Below are positions 38,278 to 48,181 of a stretch of DNA of 64,000 bases, one piece after another; position 1 is the stretch's first letter; the number at the start of each line of letters is the position of its first letter. The notes under the pieces were generated by a model, which made no database searches, was not told the origin of the DNA, and saw only the letters and a program-made list of their open reading frames with translations. This stretch comes from Candidatus Latescibacterota bacterium (lineage in GTDB: Bacteria > Latescibacterota > UBA2968 > UBA8231). The position numbers were made by a program, and so were the translations under genes. Location: NCBI GenBank assembly GCA_964291625.2, contig OZ220089.1, positions 4,288,001 to 4,352,000 of the forward strand, read 5' to 3'.

Positions 38278-38796
38278 AGTTGAGTCGTCTAGTTTACGGA
38301 CAAGATGGTTAGCTAGCACAAGCATCTCTAGTGCGACCTCTGGGTGATCGTCAAGCTCATGGTCGTGGGCTCGGGGGTTTCTAATTCCGGTCATTGTCCC
38401 AGCGTACACTTCCATGTAGCCACGCTGCTCACTCCTCTCTGACTCTGAGGTGAATCTATTCATCTTGAGAACAGGAGAGTTTGCGCTGAATGCTGCCCGC
38501 ATCAAGTCTGCGCCGTCCCTTTCGGTCAGTCCAGACCTTTCCTTCACCGCATTGTTCAGATACTTGAAGGCCTCCTCAACGGCTCGTGCGTAGTGGCCAT
38601 CGGCAAACAGCCTTCTGCTCACGGCTCGAAGCTTCTGAATGGACACCGCTTCGTCGAATCGGTCAAGCGGCGACCGTTCGTTGATTGCCCCTTCATCAGG
38701 CTCTGACCTAGACGGACCCAGCCCAACTTCGTCCACGTCGCGTTGAATCCTGTGGGCTATTTCGAACCAGTCGTGCAGGCTGAGAATGCTGGGCAA
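38257..38796 (-). CDS. TIGR02391 (Ymh-like) family protein
   Basis: LFADGHYARAVEEAFK, GADLMRAAFS, SEQRG, GIRNPRAH; start uncertain. Confidence 0.85.
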   Translation of the reverse strand: MPSILSLHDWFEIAHRIQRDVDEVGLGPSRSEPDEGAINERSPLDRFDEAVSIQKLRAVSRRLFADGHYARAVEEAFKYLNNAVKERSGLTERDGADLMRAAFSANSPVLKMNRFTSESERSEQRGYMEVYAGTMTGIRNPRAHDHELDDHPEVALEMLVLANHLVRKLDDSTLSQASA

Positions 38797-38800
38797 TTCC

Positions 38801-39598
38801 TCAGTTAGCCTCACGGCCATACAGATGGCGAGCCATGCTTGCGAAGATTTGATCAATCTGCTTGGGACTGGCTGTTGAGTCTATATGGATCTGAACGTCG
38901 ACATGCAACTCGGGTAGATTCGACATGAGATCATTGTTCATAGTTGCCTCGGCGGGTGTAGGTGACCCACTGGGAGAATCGGTGCTGTGCGCTTCCTTGG
39001 ATTCCTCCGCTGCACGGATTGGCTCTTTCGTCTCTTGTTCAAGCGTCTGCTCAATAGACCGGACATAGTCGCTGCCCGAGATCTTGTGTATGAGGCGCAA
39101 GAACCGAAGGTTCGCGGTGAAGATCTCTACGGCCCTATCGCGGTCGGACTCCTCAATCCCTAGATTTGCGAACTCGTCTCTCAGCACTTGGTCGTCGGGA
39201 AGGCGCCGATCTTTCAGCTTTTGGTAGAGATTCTTGAATGGCCCGAACTGCTCTATCGCGAGTTGGAACTGCGTCTCGATCGCTTTGTAGGGAGACTGCT
39301 CCACGGCCAAGGCAATCTGCCCGCTATCGGTAATCGCCAAAGAGGTTGCACCGTAGCTGCCCGACGTCAGTCCATACCTTGAGGCATTAGTGACCAAACC
39401 CCGACTCGGGCCGCTGCTTGGCGAGCGGTTGAGTTTGTCGAATAGGGTTAGGCGTCGGATCTCACCACCGACACCGTGCTCATGGATCGCCTTGGGCAAT
39501 AGAAGCGCTTCTTCGAACTCCATCGCGGGAAATGGTAGTTGGCGAGGGCGCCGCCTCTTCCTTGTTGGCTCTCTCTCGACATTTGTATGCTGTGTCAC
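38801..39598 (-). CDS. Hypothetical protein (wHTH-like N-terminus, DUF5343-like C-terminal tail)
   Basis: 265-aa ORF with a good SD; C-terminal LHVDVQIHIDSTASPKQIDQIFASMARHLY. Confidence 0.7.
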   Translation of the reverse strand: MTQHTNVEREPTRKRRRPRQLPFPAMEFEEALLLPKAIHEHGVGGEIRRLTLFDKLNRSPSSGPSRGLVTNASRYGLTSGSYGATSLAITDSGQIALAVEQSPYKAIETQFQLAIEQFGPFKNLYQKLKDRRLPDDQVLRDEFANLGIEESDRDRAVEIFTANLRFLRLIHKISGSDYVRSIEQTLEQETKEPIRAAEESKEAHSTDSPSGSPTPAEATMNNDLMSNLPELHVDVQIHIDSTASPKQIDQIFASMARHLYGREAN

Positions 39599-39785
39599 CT
39601 ATCGTCTCCCTTTCCTCACTATGGAATTCCTATCCTGGGCCCTTCTTCCTTCATATGGAAGGCAAATGGTGTCCCAGTAGCCTCTCGGGTAATATTATCC
39701 TACGACTAGCAAGGTGATATGGCAAGCGAGGTCGAGAAGCGGTGCCGTGGACAGTATCTTCAGAACCTGAGGTAGCTCAGTCCTT

Positions 39786-42200
39786 TCAATCCAGCCAGTC
39801 CTCGAAGATCGCGACTCGACCATCCACCGGCTGGATCTCCACCGCCTCCCCCTCGCCGAGGATCAGCCGCCGGGCGCCCCCGGCCCACAGGTCCGCCCCC
39901 ACCGGGTGGCCGGCGTCCACCCGTAGCGCATCCCCCTCCCAGGACAGCTCCAGCCGCGGGAAGGTCTCCTCGGCGGCCACGAGGAGGCGGCCCTCCAGGC
40001 TGACGTAGCTGCCGTTGATCAGCGCCAGTTCGCGGGGCCGACCGTCGCCGCCGCAGCGCACGAGCGCCACCTCGCCGTCGCTCTCGAGGGGTCCGGCGGT
40101 GCGCAGGGCGCGGCGCTCGTGGGAGGCGTAGTAGTAGTCCCGCCCTCCGTCGACGTGCACGCAGAGCGCGGACACCTGCCAAGTGGGGACAACCTCCCCC
40201 TGTTCCTCCACCTGCAGCCGTTCCACCGCCACCGCCGGGACGCTGTCCCCCGGGTGGGGATGCAGCACCATGTCCCAGGCCAGCGGCAGCTCCTCCTCCA
40301 CCGAGTAGATGGCCGCCGGCGAGGGACGGTGCTCGCCCCAGCCCGCCGGGACCCACCCCTGCAGGGGATCCTCCTGGCCCTTGACGATGCGCACCTCCAG
40401 CTCGGCTCCCGGGGCGGGCAGGATCACCAGGCCGGCGCGGCCGTTCACGGTGCGCACCGAGCCGTCCTCCGGCTCGACGCGGGCCGTGGCCGAGGCCTGG
40501 AAGTGGAACAGGGATTCGGCCTTGTGCCGGCCTCGGCCGAGGAGCCGGTCGGAGAGGATCCAGTAGTCGGGCTTGACGAACAGGACCCGGCGGTCGTGAT
40601 CGACGAAGACGCGCTCGTGGGGCGGCACCTGCAGGCCGCCGCCCTGGCTCCGCGTCCAGGGCTGCATGCGTTCCACCGTGTCGACGCGCTTGCTCTCGTA
40701 GGCGAACCCGCGCCGGCGGCTCTGCTCCGAGCCGTAGGCGGCGTACCCGTCCTCGTAGCGGCTGCGGACGCAGTCGAAGCGGCGGCCGCTGACCCAGGTG
40801 TTGGGCAACGGCTCCGGGGCGATCTCGTGCCAGGCGGTGCGCCCGCGCAGCGAGGGGATCTCGAAGAGGGGGAGGCCGGCCACCTGGCCGCGGCCGTCGA
40901 CCATGATCGTGTTGTGGCCGGCGGGGCCGACGAAGTACTCGCTGCGCCAGGCCGACGCCCAGGGCCCGGCGCAGCCGCTGTCGGTGACCAGGGTGTTGCC
41001 GTAGGCGTAGAGCTCGAAGCTGAGCTTGTCCACGTGGTTGTGCCCCCCGGCGCTGCGGCCGCCGTCGAAGACCAGGTAGCGGGCCTCGGCGGACCAGTCG
41101 GAGCGCATGACGTAGAACCCGGCGTAGGGGAAGGCGCGGGAGGTCCAGGCCGGGGGCGCGCCCTCGGCGCCGAAGGACTGGATGTAGCGCAGGTCGGGCC
41201 GGCCGGTGATCTCCACGCCGTGCTCGATCAGGCCGCCGCGGCGCTCGGGCAGCTTCTCCGGGTCCTGGGCGGAGTAGTTGTCGTTGACCGAGGGATAGCT
41301 GCCGTTGGGCTTCACCATGTAGGCGGGGAAGTCGAAGATCCCCTCCACCTTGTCGCGGTATCCCGGCGGCAGCTCGATCTCGCCCCCCTCGCCCCGCTGC
41401 AGGACGCGGGTGAAGCTCTCGTGGGCGAAGTAGCACAGCTCGATGTAGGCGCCGTCGGGGTAGAAGTAGTCGTCCAGCAGCGCCCGGAGTCCCTCCACGC
41501 CGGCGCGGGACCAGCGCTCCGACTCGGCGAACTCCGGCCACTGCTCCCCGAGGCCGATGAGCTGCTCGTGGAGGTGGACGATCATGTTGGGCATGCCCGG
41601 CATCTGGTTACCGGCGGCGTAGCGCAGGTGATGGAGGATCACCTTGAGCAAAGCGATCACCTCCTCGTCGGTCACGGCGGAACAGTGCCGGAGCGACATC
41701 AGGCACCGCGTCCAGTTGGCGGTGCGAGGAAGGGTGTAGAAGATCGTCCGCCAGAAGGCGCCGGTGGCGCCGGTGGGAGGACGGTCCGGCAGCGGTCCGT
41801 TGGCCTCGACCCACTCGAGCATGCGGGTCACGCACTCGCGGGCGTAGCGGGGGTTTCCGGTCGAGCCGTACTCCTGGGCCAGGGCGGCGAAATCACCGTG
41901 GTCGTTGAGCCCCATGACCTGGGTGCTGTGCAGCCTCTCGGGGACGTCCTCCGGGTGGGGCACCGCGAGCCAGTCGCGGGCGGCGAGATCGCGGCACAGC
42001 TCCTCGCCGCGGTCCGAGACGGCCTCGGGCCGGTCGCCGGGTCCGCTCCCGGGACCGTCGCCGCCCCCTCCGCGCCGGCGGATGTACCCCGCCAGCTCAG
42101 CCGTCGCCGCGGCCTCACCGCCGGTCTCGCGGGCCCGGCGCACCGGCTCCAGGCCCGGGTGCTCGGGGGCGAGGGCGTCCAGCAGCTCTTCGTCACTCAT
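39786..42200 (-). CDS. Heparinase II/III family polysaccharide lyase
   Basis: YPDGAYIE, AGFYVMRSDW, GHNHVDKLSFELYAYG, GHNTIMVDG, HDRRVLFVKPDYW. Confidence 0.88.
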   Translation of the reverse strand: MSDEELLDALAPEHPGLEPVRRARETGGEAAATAELAGYIRRRGGGGDGPGSGPGDRPEAVSDRGEELCRDLAARDWLAVPHPEDVPERLHSTQVMGLNDHGDFAALAQEYGSTGNPRYARECVTRMLEWVEANGPLPDRPPTGATGAFWRTIFYTLPRTANWTRCLMSLRHCSAVTDEEVIALLKVILHHLRYAAGNQMPGMPNMIVHLHEQLIGLGEQWPEFAESERWSRAGVEGLRALLDDYFYPDGAYIELCYFAHESFTRVLQRGEGGEIELPPGYRDKVEGIFDFPAYMVKPNGSYPSVNDNYSAQDPEKLPERRGGLIEHGVEITGRPDLRYIQSFGAEGAPPAWTSRAFPYAGFYVMRSDWSAEARYLVFDGGRSAGGHNHVDKLSFELYAYGNTLVTDSGCAGPWASAWRSEYFVGPAGHNTIMVDGRGQVAGLPLFEIPSLRGRTAWHEIAPEPLPNTWVSGRRFDCVRSRYEDGYAAYGSEQSRRRGFAYESKRVDTVERMQPWTRSQGGGLQVPPHERVFVDHDRRVLFVKPDYWILSDRLLGRGRHKAESLFHFQASATARVEPEDGSVRTVNGRAGLVILPAPGAELEVRIVKGQEDPLQGWVPAGWGEHRPSPAAIYSVEEELPLAWDMVLHPHPGDSVPAVAVERLQVEEQGEVVPTWQVSALCVHVDGGRDYYYASHERRALRTAGPLESDGEVALVRCGGDGRPRELALINGSYVSLEGRLLVAAEETFPRLELSWEGDALRVDAGHPVGADLWAGGARRLILGEGEAVEIQPVDGRVAIFEDWLD

Positions 42201-42301
42201 CACGTAGGGCAAGTCGCTTCTCCTTTTTGGCGGGCGGCCACGCACCGGCTCCAGGGCCGGGTGCTCCAATCGAGGGGGCCGCGCAACTCTTCGTCACCCA
42301 T
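42139..42301. repeat. Imperfect direct repeat of the lyase 5' end (42139-42200 vs 42241-42301)
   Basis: CGCACCGGCTCCAGG..GGGTGCTC..CTCTTCGTCAC.CAT present twice, with a 1-nt length difference. Confidence 0.8.
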
Positions 42302-42474
42302 GAGCAGTGACGCGATCGATCTCCTGGCTGTGGATGCGACGGCCGGGCGGCACGTAACGGCCCCGGGGGCGGGGGGGCAACCCGAGGGGACGGGTACCGG
42401 TCCGCTGCGGAAATGTTGCAGCCTCCTTCCAGGCCCGCTAGTGTAGGCGGCCCTCACCCGACCCGGAGAAGCCC

Positions 42475-43176
42475 GTGGCCCTCCTCGACATCCCCGTCCG
42501 CTACTACAAGGATTTCCCCGACGGCTACGACTACGGGTACGAGACCCTCTCCCTGCCGCTGGCGGAGTGCACCTTCCTCCTCGTCGACGTGGACGGCACC
42601 TCGCCCAACCCGGTCACCGAGACCCGCATCGCCCCGGCCCTGGAGGCGGCCCGGAACGTGGGTCTGCGCGTCGCCTACGTCCACAACGACCTGCGCCTGG
42701 TGGCCGACCCCGGCAACATCGTCGGCGAGTTCTGGGGCAAGACCAAGCACGGCCAGGGCCGCGACGGGCTCCAGCCGTGGCGGGAGATGGGGCCGGACTT
42801 CGAGCCGCGCTACCTGGACTGCGTCGCTCCCCGCGGGGGGGAGCCGAACTTCCCCAAGTGGATCTGGAGCGGCTTCCACGACACCTTCCTCGACCAGCAC
42901 CTGCGCAGCTGGGGCACGCGCACCCTCATCGTCGTCGGCTACAGCCGCCGCGCCTGCATGCACTACACCTGCGCCGAGGCCGTGGGCCGCAACTACCGCG
43001 TGGTGCTGCTGCGCGACGCCTCCAACGGCGCCGAGATCGAGTTCCCCGACACCATCGACGAGACCATCCCCGAGGGCGGCTGGCTCAACAAGGTCGTGCT
43101 GCGCAACTTCGAGCACCTCATCGGCTACACCACCACCTCGGCGGAGTTCGTCGACGCCTGCGAGGACCTGCGATGA
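42475..43176 (+). CDS. Isochorismatase/cysteine hydrolase family
   Basis: LLVDV, K.IWSGFHDT.LDQHLR, VVGYSRRACMHYT, LLRDA. Confidence 0.85.
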   Translation: MALLDIPVRYYKDFPDGYDYGYETLSLPLAECTFLLVDVDGTSPNPVTETRIAPALEAARNVGLRVAYVHNDLRLVADPGNIVGEFWGKTKHGQGRDGLQPWREMGPDFEPRYLDCVAPRGGEPNFPKWIWSGFHDTFLDQHLRSWGTRTLIVVGYSRRACMHYTCAEAVGRNYRVVLLRDASNGAEIEFPDTIDETIPEGGWLNKVVLRNFEHLIGYTTTSAEFVDACEDLR

Positions 43177-44300
43177 AGATCACCGACATCGACACCCTGA
43201 TGATCGACTCCCCGGGCCGCAGGTGGACCATCGTGCGGGTCCACACCGACGAGGGGATCACCGGCCTGGGAGAGGCCACCTACTCCCTCAAGGAGCCCGT
43301 GGTCTGCGCCGCCGTGGACCACATGAAGCAGGAGCTGATCGGCCACGACCCGGCCCGCATCGAGTACCTGTGGCACCACATCTACAAGCGTTCGTCGCCG
43401 AGCGGCATCTGGCGCATGGCCGGCCCCGTGTGGATGAGCGCCCTGGCCGGCATCGACATCGCCCTGTGGGACATCAAGGGCAAGGTGGCGGGCCTGCCCG
43501 TGTACGAGCTGCTCGGCGGCGCCTTCCGCGAGGCGGTCGACGTGTACACCCACTTCGGCGGCGCCACCCCCGAAGCGGCGGCGGCGATGGCGAAGGCCAA
43601 GCAGGAGGAGGGCTACTTCGCCCTGAAGGGAGGCGCCAGCTGGCGCGACCGGGCCGCCCAGGACTGGGACACCTATCTCGACGACGGCCACCCCGAGAAG
43701 ACGGCGGCCCACTTCGAGGCCGTGCGCGAGGCCGTGGGGCCCGACGTGAAGCTGTTCATCGACTGCCACGGCCGCTTCACCGTGGCCAACTCCATCCGCC
43801 TGGCCCGGCGCCTGGAGCACCTCGACCTCTTCGCCTACGAGGACCCGGTGGCGCCCGACGACCTGACGGCGTACCCGAAGATCCGGCGGGAGATCCGGAT
43901 CCCGGTCATGGGCTCGGAGCGGCTCAACACCAAGAGCCAGTTCCGCCGCCTCCTCGAGATGGAGGGCATCGACATCGCCCAGCCCGACCTGATGTACTCG
44001 GGCGGCATCACCGAGGCGAGGAAGATCGCCGCCATGGCCGACACCTTCCACGTGCCGATCTCCTTCCACAACACCAAGGGGCCCGTGGGCATCCTGGCGG
44101 CGGCCCACGTGATGATGTCGATCCCCAACGCCGCGCCCATGGAGTTCGTCACCGGCATCGACTGGCGCGACGAGGTGATCGACGAGCCCCTGCAGGTCGT
44201 GGAGGGGCGGGTCGTAGTGCCGGACCGGCCGGGCCTCGGGGTGGAGCTGGACATGGAGGGCGTGGAGAAGCACCGCTGGCGGGCGGGGGACCCGCCCTGA
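43173..44300 (+). CDS. Mandelate racemase/galactonate dehydratase-like enolase superfamily enzyme
   Basis: MKITDI, TDEGITGLGEA, DIALWDIKGK, DCHGR, EDP, QPD, PGLGVELD. Confidence 0.93.
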   Translation: MKITDIDTLMIDSPGRRWTIVRVHTDEGITGLGEATYSLKEPVVCAAVDHMKQELIGHDPARIEYLWHHIYKRSSPSGIWRMAGPVWMSALAGIDIALWDIKGKVAGLPVYELLGGAFREAVDVYTHFGGATPEAAAAMAKAKQEEGYFALKGGASWRDRAAQDWDTYLDDGHPEKTAAHFEAVREAVGPDVKLFIDCHGRFTVANSIRLARRLEHLDLFAYEDPVAPDDLTAYPKIRREIRIPVMGSERLNTKSQFRRLLEMEGIDIAQPDLMYSGGITEARKIAAMADTFHVPISFHNTKGPVGILAAAHVMMSIPNAAPMEFVTGIDWRDEVIDEPLQVVEGRVVVPDRPGLGVELDMEGVEKHRWRAGDPP

Positions 44301-44325
44301 CCGCACTCGAAGGGAGTCGCGACAG

Positions 44326-45345
44326 ATGAAGATCGCCGTGCTGCACGGACCGCGGGACCTGCGCATCGAGGAGCAGCCCCTCGACACCGACCTCGGCCCC
44401 ACGCAGATCCACGTGGAGACCGAGATCTCGGCGCTGAAGATCGGCACCGACCGCGGCAACTACGAGGGGGCGGAGCGCGTGCCCGGGGCGCCCGACTACC
44501 CGCGCTGGGTGGGGGACAGCAACCTCGGGGTGGTGCGCGCCGTCGGCCCCGAGGTGTCGCGTATCCGGGTGGGGGACCGGGTGGTGACGCGGGCCCCGCA
44601 CCAGTCGGAGTACGTCGTCGACGAGGCGCAGAGCGTGGTCCGCGTGCCCGAGGGCGTCGATGCTGAGGACGCCGTCTGGGCCCACCTCTACACCCTGAGC
44701 GCCCACTGCTACCGCAAGGCCTGGTTCACGCCGGGGGAGAACGTGGCCGTCGTCGGCCTCGGCGTCCTCGGCCTCGGGGCGGTGGCCCTCGGTCCCTTCT
44801 TCGGGGCGCGGGTGGTCGGTCTCGGCAACCACCCCGGCCGCCTGGGCATGGCCACCGACATGGGGGCCGAGGCGGCCTGGCTCTCCGACGATCCCGACCT
44901 GGAGGCCCGTCTCGACGAGTTCACCGGCGGCGCCGGCATCGACCTGGTGATCCTCACCGCCAACCCCTGGCCGGCCTGGCGCACCGCCTGCGAGGTGGTG
45001 CGCGACAACGGCCGGGTCTCGGTGGTCGCCCTGCCGGGGCGGGGCGAGGAGCCCCTCGACGACTTCAACCCCGTGGCCATGGAGTGGTTCTACAACAAGG
45101 GGATCGCCCTCGTCGCCGTCTCGGGACGGGGCGGCTATCTCTTCCCCTCGGCGGAGGGGGACCGCTTCGACGCGGTGCGTACCTGCGAGCACACCTTGTC
45201 CCTCATGGCGCGGGGCCTGGCGCCGAGCCGGCTGATCACCCACCGGCTGCCGTACACGAGAATGGCCGAGGCCTACGAGATGATCTACCGCCGGGAGAAG
45301 GGGATGCTCGGCGTCATCTTCCAGTGGCAGGGCAGCCCTCCCTGA
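44326..45345 (+). CDS. MDR-family (zinc-type alcohol/sugar) dehydrogenase
   Basis: GPRDLRIEE, VGDRVV, VVGLGVLG Rossmann motif, LITHRLP. Confidence 0.88.
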   Translation: MKIAVLHGPRDLRIEEQPLDTDLGPTQIHVETEISALKIGTDRGNYEGAERVPGAPDYPRWVGDSNLGVVRAVGPEVSRIRVGDRVVTRAPHQSEYVVDEAQSVVRVPEGVDAEDAVWAHLYTLSAHCYRKAWFTPGENVAVVGLGVLGLGAVALGPFFGARVVGLGNHPGRLGMATDMGAEAAWLSDDPDLEARLDEFTGGAGIDLVILTANPWPAWRTACEVVRDNGRVSVVALPGRGEEPLDDFNPVAMEWFYNKGIALVAVSGRGGYLFPSAEGDRFDAVRTCEHTLSLMARGLAPSRLITHRLPYTRMAEAYEMIYRREKGMLGVIFQWQGSPP

Positions 45346-45357
45346 AAGGAGGATCGC

Positions 45358-46842
45358 ATGCGTGGGAAATCGCATATCGTGCTTCACGGTCTGGTGGGAT
45401 GCTCCTTGCTGGGCATGTCGATGGCCTTCGGCCAGGCCGTGAGCAGCAACCGGGACCCATCGCCGGGCGGATTCACCGCGGAAGCGCTCTCACCGGCCGG
45501 CCCGCCCACGATGCAACGCGGGCATCGCTGGGTGCGCAGCCATCCCTTCACCATCATGGGGCTGACCCGGATGACACCCAGGCCCTTTGATGCCGATCAG
45601 TACCGCGAAGCCAACATGAGCTCACTCCTCGCGTGGGAGCCGAGCACCTTCGACGAGCTGCTGCCCATCGCATCTGCGAACCGACTGCCCTATCACCTCT
45701 ACCTCGACCATTGGGGCGACGAGGAGACCAACCGCGACGACGCCAGCGAACAGTCGCTGCGCGAAGCCCTGGGTGAACTGGACAGTGAGGAAAACCGGGC
45801 TTACATCCGGAACCTGATCAGCAATCCGGGATGCATCGGATGGCTCGTGAATGACGAGCCCGTGGTCTCCACCTACATGCGCTACACCCGGCACATGCTC
45901 AAGTGGCTGCGGCAGCTCCACCCCGAAGCGCTCGCCTACTGCAATGCCAGGCCCGAAGGCGAGATGCTCCTCGGGCCCGACTACGAGCGATACATCGACG
46001 ACTTCGCCGCCATCATCGATCCCGATGTCCTGATGGTGGATGTCTACCCCCTCGGCGCCCTGGAAGAGGTGGACGGCTGGGTCCATGCAGAGAGCTACTT
46101 CAACGTCCTGGAAGTCGTCCGACACGTGGCCCTGGAGCAGGGCATGCCCTACTGGCTCTTCATCCAGTCATTCGAGACACACAACGGATGGCATCGACGC
46201 CTGCCCAGTGAATCGGACATTCGATTCCAGCTCTTCACGCCGTTGACCTATGGCTACACGGGCATCGCCTACTTCACCTACGACATCGCATTCGAGCGCG
46301 GTCTCATCGAAGCAGACGGTCAGCCGAATCGCCTGTATCACCATGCGGCCCAAGCCAATATCGAGGTGGCGAATCTCGGTACGGCACTTCGTTTCCTCAC
46401 CAGCACCGATGTGCGCTTTGTGAGGGGCCAGCACGGCGAAGGCTCCGCGCGTGTGGCCAACCCGACCCCGAGGGGGGCCACCGCCTGGTCCTACGGTGCA
46501 GGCAACGATCATCAGATCACCGATGTGGCAGTCGAATCGCCCGGTGAGTACAAGGATGGCCTGCTGGGGTTCTTCACCGATGATCGAGGAGAGCGCTATT
46601 TCATGCTGACCAACCTCTGGCACGACAAGGGCGGCACCGCGGAAGAGTTCGAGCTGACCTTCACCGTCAGGTTCAAACCCCAGGTGAGCGAGCTCTATCG
46701 CCTGAACCGCCTCAGCGGCAACGTCGAGACCGTCGAAGTGAGCGGGGGCGCACTGACGATCCGTCTGCCGGGGGGAACCGGTGACCTGTTCAGATACACG
46801 CCGGGGCCCTTTCCTGGACGAAGCGCAGATCGCCAACACTGA
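45358..46842 (+). CDS. Secreted hypothetical protein, glycoside-hydrolase-like TIM barrel
   Basis: Signal-like N-terminus; GWLVNDEP, DVYP, YGYTGIAYFTY; lower GC than the flanks. Confidence 0.65.
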   Translation: MRGKSHIVLHGLVGCSLLGMSMAFGQAVSSNRDPSPGGFTAEALSPAGPPTMQRGHRWVRSHPFTIMGLTRMTPRPFDADQYREANMSSLLAWEPSTFDELLPIASANRLPYHLYLDHWGDEETNRDDASEQSLREALGELDSEENRAYIRNLISNPGCIGWLVNDEPVVSTYMRYTRHMLKWLRQLHPEALAYCNARPEGEMLLGPDYERYIDDFAAIIDPDVLMVDVYPLGALEEVDGWVHAESYFNVLEVVRHVALEQGMPYWLFIQSFETHNGWHRRLPSESDIRFQLFTPLTYGYTGIAYFTYDIAFERGLIEADGQPNRLYHHAAQANIEVANLGTALRFLTSTDVRFVRGQHGEGSARVANPTPRGATAWSYGAGNDHQITDVAVESPGEYKDGLLGFFTDDRGERYFMLTNLWHDKGGTAEEFELTFTVRFKPQVSELYRLNRLSGNVETVEVSGGALTIRLPGGTGDLFRYTPGPFPGRSADRQH

Positions 46843-46911
46843 TTCACTCGACGAGCAGAAGGTGGCGCACTGCGCCGACCGCTGTCCGCCGCAATGCCTG
46901 GCCTGGCCCTG

Positions 46912-47724
46912 CTAACCGAACTGTTCTTCCAGCCATGCTACCGCGAAATCCGTCAGATCCCTGGCGTTGAACAGATACGAGTCTGCGGCACCGACCCGTC
47001 CCGTGGCGTAGCTCCTGCAAGCCATGTACTCTCCTGTGATGGACGGGAAATAGCTGCCACCGGGCCAGTCGGCGATGCCGTCGGAAGTGTCAAACTGCTC
47101 GAACTCCATCCATTCGCACGAGCCACCACGCAAGACCGGCCAACGATAGCGCTCGGTCCTCTTGTCGGGCACGTCGGCGATGTGCTCTGCGTAGTGAAGA
47201 ATGGTGAGGCTGTCGAAGAGGGGTCCAAGGAGGAGCACTCTCCCCCCAACTGTGCACAGCTTCTCGAGGGGAGAATCCACGCCATAGCCAAACTGGAGCG
47301 GATGGTCTGACGTTATCCACTCCGCTCTGGCGCCAACGGCCGCCATTCTTGCTTCAGGATGGGCGCTGCAGCAGGCCCCGGGCCATGTGCGCAGATACTC
47401 CGTGAGGATGCTCCACTCACGAAGGGCGCGAGTCCGGGAAGGATCAAACGGTGGACACTCTTCCAGGTACGCTCTCTGCCAGTCCTCCGGCCAATCATCG
47501 ATTTCGTTCAAGGGCTCCTCGCACTTCACGTACATCATCAGGGTCCCGGTGGAGCCGAGGACGTCCAGGATGGCCCGAAGCACCATGTCGGGTCCGCCAA
47601 CGATCCAGCCGACGGCCTTGACAGAAGCATGCAGCATCACGGTGTCGCCTGAGGCAAGGCCCAGTCTCGACAGGTCAGCTACCAATCCACTTCGTGTGAT
47701 CACTGGCAGATTCGTGTTGGCCAT
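46912..47724 (-). CDS. aac(3): Aminoglycoside 3-N-acetyltransferase family (Antibiotic_NAT)
   Basis: VMLHASVKAVGWIVGGP, GTLMMY, HPEARMAAVG, YGVDSPL, TILHYAEH. Confidence 0.9.
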   Translation of the reverse strand: MANTNLPVITRSGLVADLSRLGLASGDTVMLHASVKAVGWIVGGPDMVLRAILDVLGSTGTLMMYVKCEEPLNEIDDWPEDWQRAYLEECPPFDPSRTRALREWSILTEYLRTWPGACCSAHPEARMAAVGARAEWITSDHPLQFGYGVDSPLEKLCTVGGRVLLLGPLFDSLTILHYAEHIADVPDKRTERYRWPVLRGGSCEWMEFEQFDTSDGIADWPGGSYFPSITGEYMACRSYATGRVGAADSYLFNARDLTDFAVAWLEEQFG

Positions 47725-47764
47725 CCGGTTCGCCTCCCGTGTCAGGAAAGACCCTGAGTCGGGC

Positions 47765-48050
47765 CTACGTGCCCAGCTCTCTGAACAGGAAGAGCTCCCC
47801 CCGGTCGTCCGCAAACGGGAAGCCTGCCAGGAATCCGCACTCTGAAAACCCCATCTGTCTATGCCATCTCTGCGGCTCGTATTCCTCCACGACGCACGAA
47901 CTCAACAGGATCCTGTGGCCTCGGCGCCGCAGATCGTCTTCTACGAACGCAGCAGAGCCTTCCCAACCCCTCTTCGCTGGTGCTCACGCAATACACTGAT
48001 CAGGACACACCACTCGACGTCCGCCTTGCCAGCAAGTCTCACCAGGATTC
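47765..48050 (-). pseudogene. GNAT acetyltransferase remnant (frameshift, probable internal deletion)
   Basis: Manual translation: ILVRLAGKADVEWCVLISVLREHQRRGVGKALL, then a frame change to FVEDDLRRRGHRILLSS...WHRQMGFSECGFLAG; QRRGVG is an acetyl-CoA-binding motif. Confidence 0.75.
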
Positions 48051-48181
48051 TCTGCCATGGTTCACCGTATACGGACGTGATATACCACATTGGAGCACCA
48101 ACAGCGCTCCATTGGGTATCGACAGGCTGTCGACTATGGCGGGAGTCAGAACCTCGAACTGACGCTCTCGACGCACCGGCG

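Noticed and set aside
46830-46915. attC-like sequence downstream of aac(3)
   Set aside because: Only a vague resemblance to one arm; no proper RYYYAAC/GTTRRRY pair with a complementary stem.
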